A stretch of DNA of 64,000 nucleotides from Phoronis australis (GCA_002633005.1 NMRA01000528.1:126535-190534), one strand, 5' to 3'. Shown: positions 40,878 through 54,750, numbered from the stretch's first letter. Numbers and translations: made by a program. The notes: generated by a model from the sequence alone, not told the origin.

Positions 40878-41810
40878 CAGTTGTGGATCTAGGATATCAC
40901 AAGGGGGTGCCCAACATTTTGTCCGGCTGTAAGCATTTGCGCAAACCACGATTATAGATGTGTACATGTGTATAACACCGAATGGGGGAAGGTCGGGAGG
41001 GGGGTTTGCCCCCTCCCAAGTATTATCCAAGAAAAAAAAGGCAAAAAACACGGAGAACGTGTCAAACAGAAAAAAAACTGCAAGTACCACAGACTCGAAC
41101 TCACAAACTGGCGGATAGAGAGCGCGTGCATTACCACTACACCACCACGATTTAAATACTACTCTTATTCTAAGAGACCTACTTGTTTATGGTTTACAGC
41201 GTTTGCGCGCGAAACCTGCTTCTTTTTGTAATGCTTATTACACGTTTTATATTTTGTGCAATCGGTTCCTAACAAATTTATTGTATTTAAAATAGTCTTC
41301 AAATGCCCAAAAGACCAAATCCGTTTTTCGTGTTGGCAATAATGACGGGATTGCCTTGGAAATCGTCTTAAGTTAAGGTTTGACAAAGAGAGAATTATGC
41401 GTTTCTGAGTGATTCACTAAGGCTTCGATTAAAATTCACATCTTACCAGCAGCTTCTGTTTTTTCATCGTCACTCAGGTTCAGTTTTCTTTAAAAAATGA
41501 AGTAAATTTTCTTCATTGCACAGTGGAGCAGACGACGTAAACGGAGTCGTAGTGAGTAGCGCCACTGCCTGTCGCCTGGGATATCGCGGGAGAGCCTATA
41601 CTTAGCCATAGTTCCGTTACGAATGTGCCGTGTTCCGAATTTGACACTTGATATTGGATCTGAGCTCCCCCTCCCCTCAAACATTAAAACTGCACACATT
41701 TAAATCTTGTTTCATCCGTACAATTTTAATTACCAGGGTTAATTAATAAACTCAACATTTCCCTACGCTCTTGCTGTTTTATTTTTGCGGCATCCAAGGG
41801 GGGCGGGTAT
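40878..41810 (+). mobile_element. Non-autonomous DNA element, copy B
   Basis: TAA|CAGTTGTGGATCTAGG left end; 40878-41003 is inverted relative to 1-122; 41171-41810 is a direct repeat of 123-760. Confidence 0.8.
41083..41148 (-). repeat. tRNA-derived SINE head / tRNA-like relic
   Basis: Minus strand GGTGGTGTAGTGGTAA (A box) ... GAGTTCGAGTC (B box); no intact cloverleaf seen. Confidence 0.55.
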
Positions 41811-41937
41811 GAGGGGGCTTTCATCTCTACGTTCCTGAGATGAGACGAAATTTGTAATACCAGAAATCACGATGCAGTAACCGTTGCTCGCAAATACCGC
41901 AGCTCAAATTCGGATGTAATGTGGCCCAGAAAGTATT

Positions 41938-43138
41938 GCGGACCTTACCGTTGAAAGTGTCACGCGTAATTACGACCGAGACTTTGCTCGTACTTTACGA
42001 CCGAAATCGTTATATCGAATGAGGAATTAGTTTGTGAGCTCTGAAGCAGTTAATGTGCGCTCGTAATTTTCGGTTTTAGGCCTAGTTTTACGTACGTAAT
42101 TTTACCATCGTAATTTCACGCTTGCATTTTCACATGTTGGGAAGTATTCAGAAGGTAAAATCTCAAGTGCAAAGTATTAACGTTCAAAATGTTGAAAATA
42201 TCAAAGACCGGCTGAAATGTTTTACTTGCTGTCCTAACCATCGTAGACACTTGAAAGTTGTCCGTTTTAGTACATATTGATGTGCCAAAATGTATATCTA
42301 GCAGGTTGTCTGACAATGCTTTTATACGATTTGTTAAAATAACCTTGCTTTTTCATTTATTTAGGCCAAGTTTCATTCTTTTACTCTTAACAATAAGAGG
42401 AGGCAGTGTAGCCTAGTGTGATAAGTGCCCGCTTTCTTTACTCGAGTTCGTGGGTTCGAGTCCCACTGGGTCACACTTCTAAACCATTGAGTCAGGTTTC
42501 TATCTCCTCCGCTCGGTTTTAATTGTATATTAATAAAGCATAAAAATAATTCCAGGTGATCAGTGCAATGGGTCCACATGCGCGGGCTGCACACGTCTGG
42601 TACAACCTGTATCAGTCCACCTGCAATTATTTTTTACTCTTACCAGTGCGTGCAGATGACATATGACATTGCAAAAACATTGGTTCAAAACGGTTTTAGG
42701 GGGTTATGCAGTAAAAATTCTAAATGTTGTTGGTAAATCAGTCATTCTTTATTCAAGATATTTGAGTAACAAACCATTTGCATAACAAAAACAATATCAT
42801 CTGCGTATTAATTTAACGGGTGGTGGTCTCGTGGACTCGTAGTTAAATATAATGACTATATTTGCAAAAAATACGAGCAAAATACGAGCGCAAAAACTTC
42901 TTTAGAGTTCACGTGACTTACAAACCAATTTCTTATTAGATATAGCGATTTCGGTGGTAAAACACGAGCGAAATCTTGGTCGTAATCACGAGCGTAACAA
43001 TGGACGAACGATTTAGGTCTTAAAGCACGAGTGAAGTCTCGGTCGTGATCACGAGCGCAATTATGGGCGAACAATTTCGGTTGTAAAACACGAGCGAAAT
43101 CTTGGTCGTGGTTACAGCACACTATTCCAAAGGTCCCC
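41938..43138. mobile_element. Fold-back element with inverted arms and a 63-bp tandem subrepeat
   Basis: 41963-42040 is the reverse complement of ~42915-42992; ends GGACCTT / AAGGTCC; right arm has ~2.7 copies of a 63-bp unit (42948-43115). Confidence 0.65.
42402..42475 (+). repeat. tRNA-derived SINE head
   Basis: TAGCCTAGTG (A-box-like) and GGTTCGAGTCCC (B box, 42453-42464) at tRNA spacing; acceptor and anticodon stems pair poorly. Confidence 0.65.
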
Positions 43139-45504
43139 TACTTCGAAGATTCACTCACTTAGAAAATATCTAAAATTTTTGTCCCAGACTTAATTTCTAT
43201 ACTTTGCATTCAAAAATAAACTACACTTCGGTTATTAGATGCAACCAGTGTTGTGTAATAAAACACTTTATTTGGATTTCATTCTCATGCGAAATTGCCG
43301 ACATGCTTTAAGAATACGGAAAAATGAGTACGTACCTGCATTTCTAAAAAAGAATGAAGTAAGAATATTGATGAATTATCAACCACGATACATTTATCAA
43401 ATCTGTGTCAATGTCGCATCATTTCATGGCGTGCCTGAAATGTTTAGGGCCACTGCGCCTCAACCTCACCCACCGGAACCACGCGCATGACCTTACCGAA
43501 ACTAAATGTAGTTAGTAGGGTACCTTGTCCCTGCCATTCTCCACAAAGTCGGAGAGTCTTATTCAGACTTATAAAAATTAAAACCATCGTTGGTCGCCGC
43601 AGCCCTGACCTGCGTCCTAAATGTTGTCCCTGCTTGAGAAGGAGTCGTTACTTAGATTCAAGAATCATGATTGGCAGTAATTGGAACTGAGCTCATTTGT
43701 AAACAATGTAATCAATGTTTTAATAACTATTCAACTCTTGCACATCCTTTAACTAGTTACTAAATGGAGACTAATAATAAAAAAACTTTATTCATGTCAG
43801 TTCCGACTCATTAGCAAAGAATCAGAGTAACAAACTGTCGGAATTGTGGTTTCAGGATTGTGAATGTTCGAAGTAAAGAACTTTCGAAGGGGGGGGGGGC
43901 GGGGCTCGGGGCTCCCCCCCAAATTGGCAAAGTGGACAAAAAAGTCCGCCCCGGAAAGACAAAAGTCCGAGAAAATGGGACAAATGTCCACTAAATACAC
44001 TAAATAAGCACATACGCGCAATTCAAAGAGGTGTTCCCGTTTTTTCTTTCCTTTTTTAGTCCGCCCGCTCTTTTGTTGGCAAATGGTCCACAACGTCGGG
44101 AATTCGAGCCCCCCATATCGAAGGCTGGGTGCGCTCATGAGTAGTAAACCTTCGGAATAGTGGCACGTAACCTTGGAAACATTCTAAATGAAGTTTGTTG
44201 CTCTCATGAAATCTGCGAGGCTGCGCACCATTGACAGCAGTTGTAGTACGAGTAGCTGCAACAATTTTGTTGCTGTTGTGCATCTATATCCTAGCTTTAA
44301 CGGAGAGGCTGGGGCTGTATCTTTTCCGCGGGGGGGGTGTCGATCGAACTCTTCGGACCCCCCTGGCTACGGGCCTGCTTTCATGGAACAGATCCCAGCC
44401 AGGACCAAAAGCGTAAATCCAACATTGATAATTGACAGATGTCTTCTGATTTTTCTCTCCTCTACATGTTTCGCTTTGTCTTTTTGTCTCAATTATTCCT
44501 GACGCCCCTCCCTCTCCCTGACCACCCTACACCCATGCCTGTTGTTTACGTTAACTCCTTGTGGCAGCTGTTCACTTTATACAGTACGAGGTTGGTCTTT
44601 CCTGAGGTGTGCATGTGTGTCTGAATGGACGATTTTTGTTTGTGTTTTTGTACTTGTCTATGAATGGTAATAATCATATATTTGAAAAAAAAAACACAAA
44701 AATGAACCCTCAATTCAATCAAAACAATTAAGGACTGAGTCCTTTTAAGTATGACTTAAAAGTCATACATGCCAGCCTATACGAAAGGAGCATTCCTCCA
44801 TTGTCTGAAAGCTCTGAAAATACGGATGTACATGTGATGCGTGCTGCATGTAATCAGTTCATACTTTGCTTAATGCACAGATGTGCTACTCACTGGTTTG
44901 TATGGGAATGTCTTTTATTTTATTGAATTACTTAAATTCCACATTCAATACAATGCAGCAATTATAGATCTTACGGGTTTCGTTCTTAAATACGGATGTT
45001 TTCAGAACATGATACAGGAGGGGACCTGAGGGGGTTGTGATGTATGTTAAGTTAGGGGCGTTACATGGAAAGATCTCTTAGAAATCAACAATTTGTGTAA
45101 AAAAACTGGCTTAGTAATGATACTCAAACAACAGAAGAAAGGACAATCAGTGTTTTCAAAAACCAGCAAATACGCAGTAGATTTAGAAAAAATAGTTGGG
45201 ACTGTTTCATGCAACCGGGCTCTGGGGACCCTATAAGGGGCCAAAATTGAGCTAGATTAGATATCACAAATACCGACCAAAACAGAAATATTGGTGCTGC
45301 ACTGAGCACTGAATGACCCGTGACTTAAAAACATCTTCTAGAAAGAGTTCTCCAGAAACGCAAAAAAGACCCTGGGCACAAAATTGAAATCAGCTCAAAC
45401 ATCCTAGGTGACAAAGACAATGCCATAGGATTCAATGCATGACACTGACCACTGAACGGCATATCCCAGAAAAAAACACTCTTCAGGGGGGGGGGGGGGG
45501 GTTG

Positions 45505-45712
45505 NNNNNNNNNNNNNNNNNNNNNNNNNNNNNNNNNNNNNNNNNNNNNNNNNNNNNNNNNNNNNNNNNNNNNNNNNNNNNNNNNNNNNNNNNNNNNNNN
45601 NNNNNNNNNNNNNNNNNNNNNNNNNNNNNNNNNNNNNNNNNNNNNNNNNNNNNNNNNNNNNNNNNNNNNNNNNNNNNNNNNNNNNNNNNNNNNNNNNNNN
45701 NNNNNNNNNNNN
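45505..45712. other. Assembly gap (208 N)
   Basis: Run of N preceded by a poly-G tract. Confidence 1.
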
Positions 45713-45859
45713 AAACGAGCATCCTAAAAGTGAGCTAGTTCGACAAGTAAGCTCAAGTACATGCAAGCATAAATCAATCACATACAACAGATTAGCAGCT
45801 CTGTTCAGTTTGCTATGGAATTCCTCGAGGAGGCGCCACCTTCCAGATAGTGATCGGTA

Positions 45860-45943
45860 TAGAGTTCAGTAACGTTAGGACCTACGCTAGCTAAAATCAC
45901 GTAAGTTTTGGTTTTAGCGAGGTCCTAGCGTTATTGAACTCTA
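45860..45943. repeat. Small hairpin MITE; related copy at ~49972-50112
   Basis: TAGAGTTCAGTAACGTTAGGACCT / AGGTCCTAGCGTTATTGAACTCTA, 24-bp arms with 2 mismatches. Confidence 0.75.
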
Positions 45944-48900
45944 CCCAGACGTTTTACATATACTTCCGGAAATAAATCCGTGACACCATAGATCATAGAC
46001 AACAGATTCGCAACTCCGAAATTTTCTTCCGTACTATCCTAGAGGCGGCGCCACTTTCCTAAATTATCTGGTTCATTTTCCGGTGAGTGTATTGTGACGG
46101 GAAATTCTCGCATCTATTTTACTGTCCAGTACAACGAAAACAAAACAATAATTTTGGCTTTGAAACGCCGTTCAAAATCTTAAAATTGTAGAACTGTTGG
46201 TATCGTGAGTACTTATAGCAATGCTATTACCACCCGACCACACAACAGCCGACCAAGATTCAGCGACGCAAAAGGTTCCCACTGGTCCAAGGCTTTACCA
46301 ATGAGCTATATATAGAGAGACGACACGACCATACTCGCAAGCCAGACAGCGCGTGGCACGCGGTCTGCCATATTGATGATGAACGCTATGTAAACAAAAG
46401 CCTTATGCAAGGTGGGGAATTTTCAGAATAAAATTTTAAATTTTAAATATTAACGAAGTTCTAAAATATTGGTAACATAAAGCAATGTAAACATGTGACC
46501 CACGCATTGCTTAAACGGTCATATTACAAAGACAAAATTCCTAATACTTTGGCTGAAATTCTCACGGAGTACTGCTAGGGCCTGGGAGATTTTGCCGGCC
46601 GGGCTCAGTCGAAAAGACAATCACTGAAGTGTATAAAGTTTAGAAAGTGGCATTATACAGTGATTAACCTTTTTCGTCGCTATAATTGTATAGTACCTAT
46701 TTTTCAGTTCTGGTTGTTTTAAACCGACAAGACGATCAGATGTCAAGGAGGCCGCTCTCCGGCGAGCCATTACATCACTGCATTCCCAAAGTTTTTACTA
46801 TTTGTCTAAAAATTCCTTGACGCGGCTCCACTTGATTTATTCTAACAAAAATATTTGTGACACACTTGAACACAAATTAGAAAAAAAAATTATAGAAACC
46901 CATGGAAATCGACGAGCAACATGCGTGAATGTAAAGCCATGTCATTGTATGCCACATTTGACCAATGGAACTCTACGTGTTTGTGTAAATGTGCATATTC
47001 GGAATTGAGGGCATAAGCCAGTTTGAATAAAAGTTGGCAACAAAATCTTGCAAAACGATAGAGTTATAAAAATTGATATGTTGATATGTTAACATGAGGT
47101 ATTTCAATGAAAAAGAAGAATGCACGACGTCAAAAACAACCTGTACTGGTTGGTAAGGAACACCACCGCCGAAGGCGGAGGTCGACGTATGCATTTGCAC
47201 AGATCCAATTTCCCGGAAGGTGACTGGAATTGTCTACTTCACGTCATACTAAGGAATAATTATTACATTAATATGCAGACGTTTTTCAAAAAATAAAACA
47301 CACTTAAGGGGTGCTGAGGTCTCTCATAGGAAAATTTCTTCGGTGATACGCTACTTTTCTTTAACTATCTAGTATTACCAGGAAGAGATAGCCACTTCCT
47401 GGTACATGTATTACTTGTCCTAGTTCCTAATTCATCTTAGCGTGACGAACTGGTAATTTGTACAGTTTGAAACGACATGGTCTCACAATTCAAAATGCTG
47501 TGTTAAAACAACTTGACACGCCGCGGAACTAGAGTTTTAAAAAGGCGTTTGCGTTATTAATTTTTATCAATATTAATTTTTACACCACTCAATGTACCCC
47601 TTTTATGCGACCATGATGTGGGGAATCGCCGTTTTTTGTGTCAATAACAATAGCACACTTCCATATTATTGGCCATCCACAACGAGAAGGACAAGAACAA
47701 TGTTCACACAGAAACAACACATTGAGATACTGTAACCACTTCAAACAATAAAGTTTTGATTTATTTCAAAATATGTTTATTTCAAAATATCACCGTCACA
47801 CAGTAAAATCACACCGTGATAGTAAAATGGAAATGTCTAGCAGGTACACAGTTACTGTACCAAACTGGTACCATACATGCACTTCACTTCAGCGAAAGTC
47901 AGATTTCAACCAACTCTAAGTTAATCCCTCAATTCAGTTGAAACCGACATTATGTTACTAGTAAATAACACCTCGCCACAAAATAATTATAATGACAAAA
48001 CTCTTAATGTACCGGCCCTGTGCTACATACCCAGGCATTAATACGCTATAAGTATCAGAAGACCATAAACAAGGCAGAATACAAAAATGATGGTTTTCCT
48101 CAAGTAAGGCAGTTGCAGATTTTAATAGCTTGCCAGACTACAGAACATTTGTCCCATGTCTTGAAATCTACAGAAACAACCCATCTACCGTCTCAACATT
48201 GTGGGCTGTAGTATTCTTGGGGTATACCTTCCTTCGATCTTGTTCTATTAATAGTAACCTGGCTATATTAATAAATCTTTGAATTGGTGTCCACTCTCTA
48301 AAAATGCACAACTAATAATCTTGTAGTCACTTTTGGTTCGTCTCAGTGAAACAAAAAGTCTGAGTAAACTAGACAAAAGTCCACAAAGTCCACAGGAATT
48401 CGGAGCGGATGAACAATTCCTAGGCCTGAACCTAATGGCCCCGTTTATTTTTAGTTCTCGTTGATATTTTTCAGTAAAAGGTCCGCATACCGAAAAATTC
48501 AAGCCCCCTTATAATTTAGTCCGGGTGCGCGCATGCGGACTAAAAAGGAAAGTCAAGTAAAAGACTATGAAACATCGACTTAAGTGGGTGTTCTAGGGAC
48601 CAAATTAAGTTGAACAATATTGTTTCTGTGATAGGATTTTCACTCACAAAATAAATCATTTTATTTCAGTTTCAATTTTTAAACCTCGAAAGACCAAAAA
48701 ATTATATCATTGATTCTGGGTCTAATCCTTATACGAGAAATCAAACTTTATTTTTTATTTTTTAAGTTTTCTACTATAACTAAAGACCCTTTAATTCTGT
48801 AATGAAGTATGCAATGATTTTTGGGTGATTTTCAAAAAATCCTAGTTTGCTATTGATGATCCTAACATAAAAGTTATGCGGTTTTACTTGAAATCTCGCG

Positions 48901-49827
48901 TTTTTTACCAATATTGGTTCCTAGATACTACACAGTAAACACGCATCTTCACTAACATAGTTCATCAGCAAAATGGCGGACCACTCCGCAAAACCAAAAC
49001 CACGTGACTTCAACTCTAGTTATATTTATCTCATTGGGCTTTACCACAAACAGGTGGCGCTTAGCACCAATTACGTGGTTTGTCGCATTATCGCTATATA
49101 AGAGGGATGTCTATATCCCGCCACAACAAGGGAACCATACATGTATAATACTTGTCAAGTCAAGGGGGGTTGGTGGCGGCGGTCGCTTTAGCGGCAGTAC
49201 AGGCCGGATTTTGCAACTGTGGTGGCTTTTAGAGGCGGTGGTCGGGGGTGTTTTTCTTCTCGAGGACAGACCGTTCAAAAGCCTCGGTCGGTACCGGTAT
49301 GTTTTCGGGTTTGTTTTGTCGCAAATGAGCAGTCTTAGAAAAGTTGAAAATTAGCTTTAATTCACTTAACTTAAAAGTCAAAATGTGTGGTTCATTGTGT
49401 CCACTCGACGAATTTTCCAAACTGAGACCTGGTTAAGGCGAAAGTATGGGATCAGCGTATTTCCGGGGGTTCAGTCATATTGAAAATGTGGTCGCGGGCG
49501 TATACCAATAACTGCGGGTAGGCGGTACTTTTTCAACAAGTTTTGCGGATCCTGCGCGAGGTCCAATAGGCTCCTAAATTTCCATTTCGTCGTTGTAAAA
49601 GGTCCACTGCATTGGCCTCACCCCCCAGCAAATGGTGCACTGGCCGACTTCCTTCAGAAAAATGTACCCCAGAAAAAGGTGTGAATTAGTAGAACATATA
49701 CACAAAATATTAAAATCGTAACAAGTCTATCAACGTCGAAGGCTGAAGGTCTGCTTGTCTGATTATAAACAAGTGACATGACTGTTTAAAAGCAGCGCTA
49801 CCTGTTAGGGAAACGGGATATTACACA

Positions 49828-49845
49828 CAGCGCCACCTGGTAGCC
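49828..49845 (-). promoter_or_regulatory. CTCF-like motif
   Basis: CAGCGCCACCTGGTAGCC is close to the reverse complement of the CTCF core CCACCAGGTGGCGCTG. Motif match only. Confidence 0.35.
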
Positions 49846-50573
49846 GCAAAGCCTTGGATGAGTGAGTACCTTTTGCATCAGGCGACGTCCTTGCCGGACA
49901 TAACACCAGATAATCGGACCAGGTGTCGCTAGTGAATAATGACGTAAGGTTGTGCGAAAGAGTACAGGCGTGCGTTCAGTAGACGCTAGGACATACGCTA
50001 GGACCCAGCTAAAACCTAGTCAAAGTCACGTGTTCTTATTTAAAATACACGGCAATATCTCATGTAATCTCGCGAAGTCTTGCTTTTTAACGAAGTCCTA
50101 GCGTTACAGAACGGGAGCCAGATTTCGTCCGTCGAAAGTATACGGAGTTGGCGGTCCATGTACTAAGTATAATCTACGGTGACACAAATTATGCTCCGCT
50201 AGTGAATAGCGATGTCACACATAGACAATATCCAGAGTTGACGGTCCGCTTCAGCTGCTTTTTTAAAAAAATGTGCTATTTTATCAGTTCGCTTTTATTA
50301 ACTAATATTAAACAGACGCCGACTAATGAACTGAATCGTTTATAAACTTATTAACTGGTGAAATACACTCCTTAGGTTATTACGATTGCTACCCAACTAG
50401 AATGACCAGAAAGCGATTGAAACACAATAAGCGGTACTCGAACCATCATCTGACTAAAAAAACATAAAATAACATAAAAAACATTTTTTAGGTTCAAATG
50501 AAACTCCAAAAATGATTACATTACAAACGAGTGTGCATTAGGTCTTGAAATATCTTGATAAAGTCCTTAAAAT

Positions 50574-53500
50574 ACCGAACGATTTCAATTTCGCTCCACC
50601 ACACTGATTCAAAAAAGATTTCCATAGCCGATCACTTAAAGCTAAGCCCACATAGTCTATTCTGCGTCATACATGAATGACGTCATTGTTTTCAACAATG
50701 TGTTACACATCCTTGGAAACTAACATTTGTCTTAGCAACTGATTTCAGACATCAAATTCTATTCAGTTTGCAATGAAACAGGTAATTTTCTTTTTTCGAC
50801 TCACTTACAGGTAGACGTTGTAACGACTCACTTACAGGTAGACGTTGTAACGATAGCAAAGCCTGATGGAGACTATACCTACCTTCATTTAAGTGTATGG
50901 CCTTACCTTTTACTTGAAATCGATCCCGCGAACGATGTTTGACATTTGCCATTCTACTTTAAGTTTAATACGAACTCTACATAAGTTTCGATTCTGTGCT
51001 CGAGTACATTGTGTTTATTAAAATGAGTGTCTAGACGAAGTTCACATTTGATAACCCCCTAGCTTCGATCTACAGAGACATTCAGGAGTAAAAACTAGAG
51101 ATTTCGAGTCACAATTTAAGGTTATGTAGGACTTTGAACCGTCCAAATTTGGCTATCTGGGGAGTATCCTGTCTGAGGAATCGCTGATCAAATTCGTACG
51201 AAAGTTTCAGATGCTGTGCGCTATGCACTGTTCTCCAGTGAATAGACGTAGGAAATATTTAAGAGGCTATGAAAAACTTGAACTTTTACCTTTTTTATGA
51301 AAACATGAAAAGTTCCATAAAACTTTAATATCGTTTCTAAGGTTTCATCTTGAACATTTTCATCAAACGAAATTCGGTCATGTAATTGATACTGTTGTTT
51401 TGGTGTAGTCATTGTACTTTCATTTTGGCTAGAATTTAAAAAAGATGGTTGCTTGACAATATTCAGATTGGCATGAAGCCAAAATTGAAATAATACAAGT
51501 CTTCAGCTTTCAGAGAATATGTAGACCTAGTTATTTTATTGCAATAAATTCTATGGATTGAATTGTCAAAGTCTAACACAACCTTAATGCTATGGCCATC
51601 ACGTGAAACCATGATAATGTTCTCCACTGTAAACAATCGACTACAGAAAAGTTGACAGATATCCTGAGTTCGTAGTAACGGCCACTGGACAATTTCGGAA
51701 ATTATTTGGAGTTCGATTTTCTGTAAAACGATTTTACCCGAGACGACGAAAAGGAATTAGTTCGCAAATTTTTGTCTATGACCGTCTTAGCTCTGGTCAA
51801 TCGTACAGTACGTAGCCTTGGTAAATTTAGTAACTCAGACATCCCCGTCTACCTGTCTACCTATCGGGATTTTACCTATGTTCTATTGATGTAGGCCTAA
51901 TTCTCGTGTTACGCTTGCAGACGATTGGATTAACAAATCGATGGCATTCGAGGGATATTCGGACACCATGCGAAACGTCCAGTGTAGTAGAGCTTGCTGT
52001 GAGCGGTTGTCGCATAGAAAATGGTTGGCAATCTCGTGATGCATACAACGCACCCCACTGCTATCAAACAAGAAGTGCATTTGGACAGATTGCTTCACTG
52101 TATACCACAAGCTATCCAAGGCANACCGAACGATTTCAATTTCGCTCCACCACACTGATTCAAAAAAGATTTCCATAGCCGATCACTTAAAGCTAAGCCC
52201 ATATAGTCTATTCTGCGTCATACATAAATGACGTCATTGTTTTCAACAATGTGTTACACATCCTTGGAAACTAACATTTGTCTTAGCAACTGATTTCAGA
52301 CATCAAATTCTATTCAGTTTGCAATGAAACAGGTAATTTTCTTTTTTCGACTTACTTATAGGTAGACGTTGTAACGATAGCAAAACCTGATGGAGGCTAT
52401 ACCTACCTTCATTTAAGTGTATGGCCTTACCTTTTACTTGAAATCGATCTCGCGAACGATGTTTGACATTTGCCATTCTACTTGAAGTTTAATACGAACT
52501 CTACATAAGTTTCGATTCTGTGCTCGAGTACATTGTGTTTACTAAAATGAGTGTCTAGACGAAGTTCACATTTGATAACCCCCTAGCTTCGATCTACAGA
52601 GACTTTCAGGAGTAAAAACTAGAGATTTCGAGTCACAATTTAAGGTTATGTAGGACTTTGAACCGTCCAAATTTGGCTATCTGGGGAGTATCCTGTCTGA
52701 GGAATCGCTGATCAGATTCGTACGAAAGTTTCAGATGCTGTGCGCTATGCACTGTTCTCCAGTGAATAGACGTAGGAAATATTTAAGAGGCTATGAAAAA
52801 CTTGAACTTTTACCTTTTTTATGAAAACATGAAAAGTTCCATAAAATTTTAATATCGTTTCTAAGGTTTCATCTTGAACATTTTCATCAAACGAAATTCG
52901 GTCATGTAATTGATACTGTTGTTTTGGTGTAGTCATTGTACTTTCATTTTTGCTAGAATTTAAAAAAGCTGGTTGCTTGACAATATTCAGATTGGCATGA
53001 AGTCAAAATTGAAATAAAAATACAAGTCTTCAGCTTTCAGAGAATATGTAGACCTAGTTATTTTATTGCAATAAATTCTATGGGTTGAATTGTCAAAGTC
53101 TAACACAACCTTAATGCTATGGCCATCACGTGAAAACCATGATAATGTTCTCCACTGTAAACATTCGACTACAGAAAAGTTGACAGATATCCTGAGTTCG
53201 TAGTAACGGCCACTGGACAATTTCGGAAATTATTTGGAGTTCGATTTTCTGTAAAACGATTTGACCCGAGACGACGAAAAGGAATTAGTTCGCAAATTTT
53301 TGTCTATGACCGTCTTAGCTCTGGTCAATCGTACAGTACGTAGCCTTGGTAAATTTAGTAACTCAGACATCCCCGTCTACCTGTCTACCTATCGGGATTT
53401 TTCCTATGTTCTATTGATGTAGGCCTAATTCTCGTGTTACGCTTGCAGACGATTGGATTAACAAATCGATGGCATTCGAGGGATATTCGGACACCATGCG

Positions 53501-53651
53501 AGACGTCCAGTGTAGTAGAGCTTGCTGTGGGCGGTTGTCGCATAGAAAATGGTTGGCAATCTCGTGATGCATACAACGCACCCCACTGCTATCAAACAAG
53601 AAGTGCATTTGGACAGATTGCTTCACTGTATACCACAAGGTATCCAAGGCA
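50574..53651 (+). repeat. Near-identical 1.5-kb tandem duplication joined by a single N (probable uncollapsed haplotypes)
   Basis: 50574-52123 vs 52125-53651; scattered SNPs and small indels; a 27-bp duplication (50797-50850) in copy 1 only; N at 52124 exactly at the junction. Confidence 0.95.
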
Positions 53652-54158
53652 ATACCCACATCTTCACTACGACTACGGTCCTGGTAACCATGGAAACCGC
53701 GAATGCTTCAACTGCGATTACACACAAAATAACTTAAACATGAAGTATGTGTCTGCGCAAGAATTTGGTGCATGGACTGACAGAAGTAATGTCTATTGGT
53801 CGGGAGGTTTGGGCAGTGGTCCTTTAGCCGTTTCAGGGCAATTTGCTACTCCTAGAAATGGCGCTTTCGACCGCTCAAGACGGGCCGTAAATTGTGGAAA
53901 GCGCAAAAACAGCAAACACTTCATGAAGACGCGGAAACAATTCTACTGGATCAATCCAAGCTTACAAAGCAATGCTTGTAAGAGTAATACACCTAGTTCA
54001 CAATATTGCCAACGTCACGGGAAAGTGGGAAAAACTTGCAAAATTGAGAACGAGGAGGTGTTTGTTAACATCTTGCATAGCGAAAGCGAAGAAGAGCAAA
54101 GTTCATGCTACATTCAACCCAGGCAATTCGCTTGCAGAGGACATTCACCCAATACAGG
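53423..54158 (+). CDS. Putative large exon of an unknown Cys-containing protein (possibly a pseudogene)
   Basis: Over 240 open codons in AT-rich DNA; candidate acceptors TGTAG|53423 and TTGCAG|53449; donor-like GG|GTAAGA at 54158/54159; internal RSRR. No family recognised with confidence. Confidence 0.55.
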
Positions 54159-54750
54159 GTAAGAAGGCTATGTTGCGCGCCGTTGAGAGCGCGGTCCTTT
54201 TGCAAAGTACACACAGCATATTTTCGAAATCATATTCTCTGCACCGTCGCTGTAAAATAAAGGGTGATCACTGGTGCAAAACTAGGAGTTCTAAGAAGGG
54301 GGGTGGGGGGTGGCAAACTTGTGAGTTTAGATTGAACCAAGAAGTACAAGAAGACACGTAAGAGTTTTCGGGAACCTAACTTTTTCTGAAGACTTTTTTG
54401 TCAGTTCCGCACGTTTCACTCAGTGAAACATATCCTGAACCTTCATGACAACCACCATCAAACACTGATCACGGTAATAAAAGAAACCTCAGTCAATTGA
54501 CATAAAGATTGCCGCATCGAAAAGTAATCCCAAGTATAACTGGGAGCTCCTTGAAAAATCTATTAAAACACCGAGTTTCTAAAAGATCCGCCAGAGGCCG
54601 CAACTATGGTTATGGAAATTTTGAAGAATGGCTACCACAGCACCACCTTGAGTTCAGTTTTTAAAAAAATCAACCACATGTAGTCTCGAGATATAAAAGA
54701 TCACATAACGTGTGCAAATTTCAATCAAGTGACTGAAAAGTAATATACGA

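Noticed and set aside
42402-42475. Functional tRNA gene
   Set aside because: A and B boxes are present but the acceptor and anticodon stems do not pair; treated as a SINE head.
42856-43122. ORF with 21-aa repeats (DHDQDFARVL...)
   Set aside because: Product of the 63-bp DNA tandem repeat in a fold-back arm.
45404-45787. Long ORFs containing X runs
   Set aside because: Artefacts of the N gap.
50767-50781. 15-nt microexon candidate (TTCAG|TTTGCAATGAAACAG|GTAATT)
   Set aside because: Splice-like by eye, but it cannot be linked to a reading frame without transcripts.
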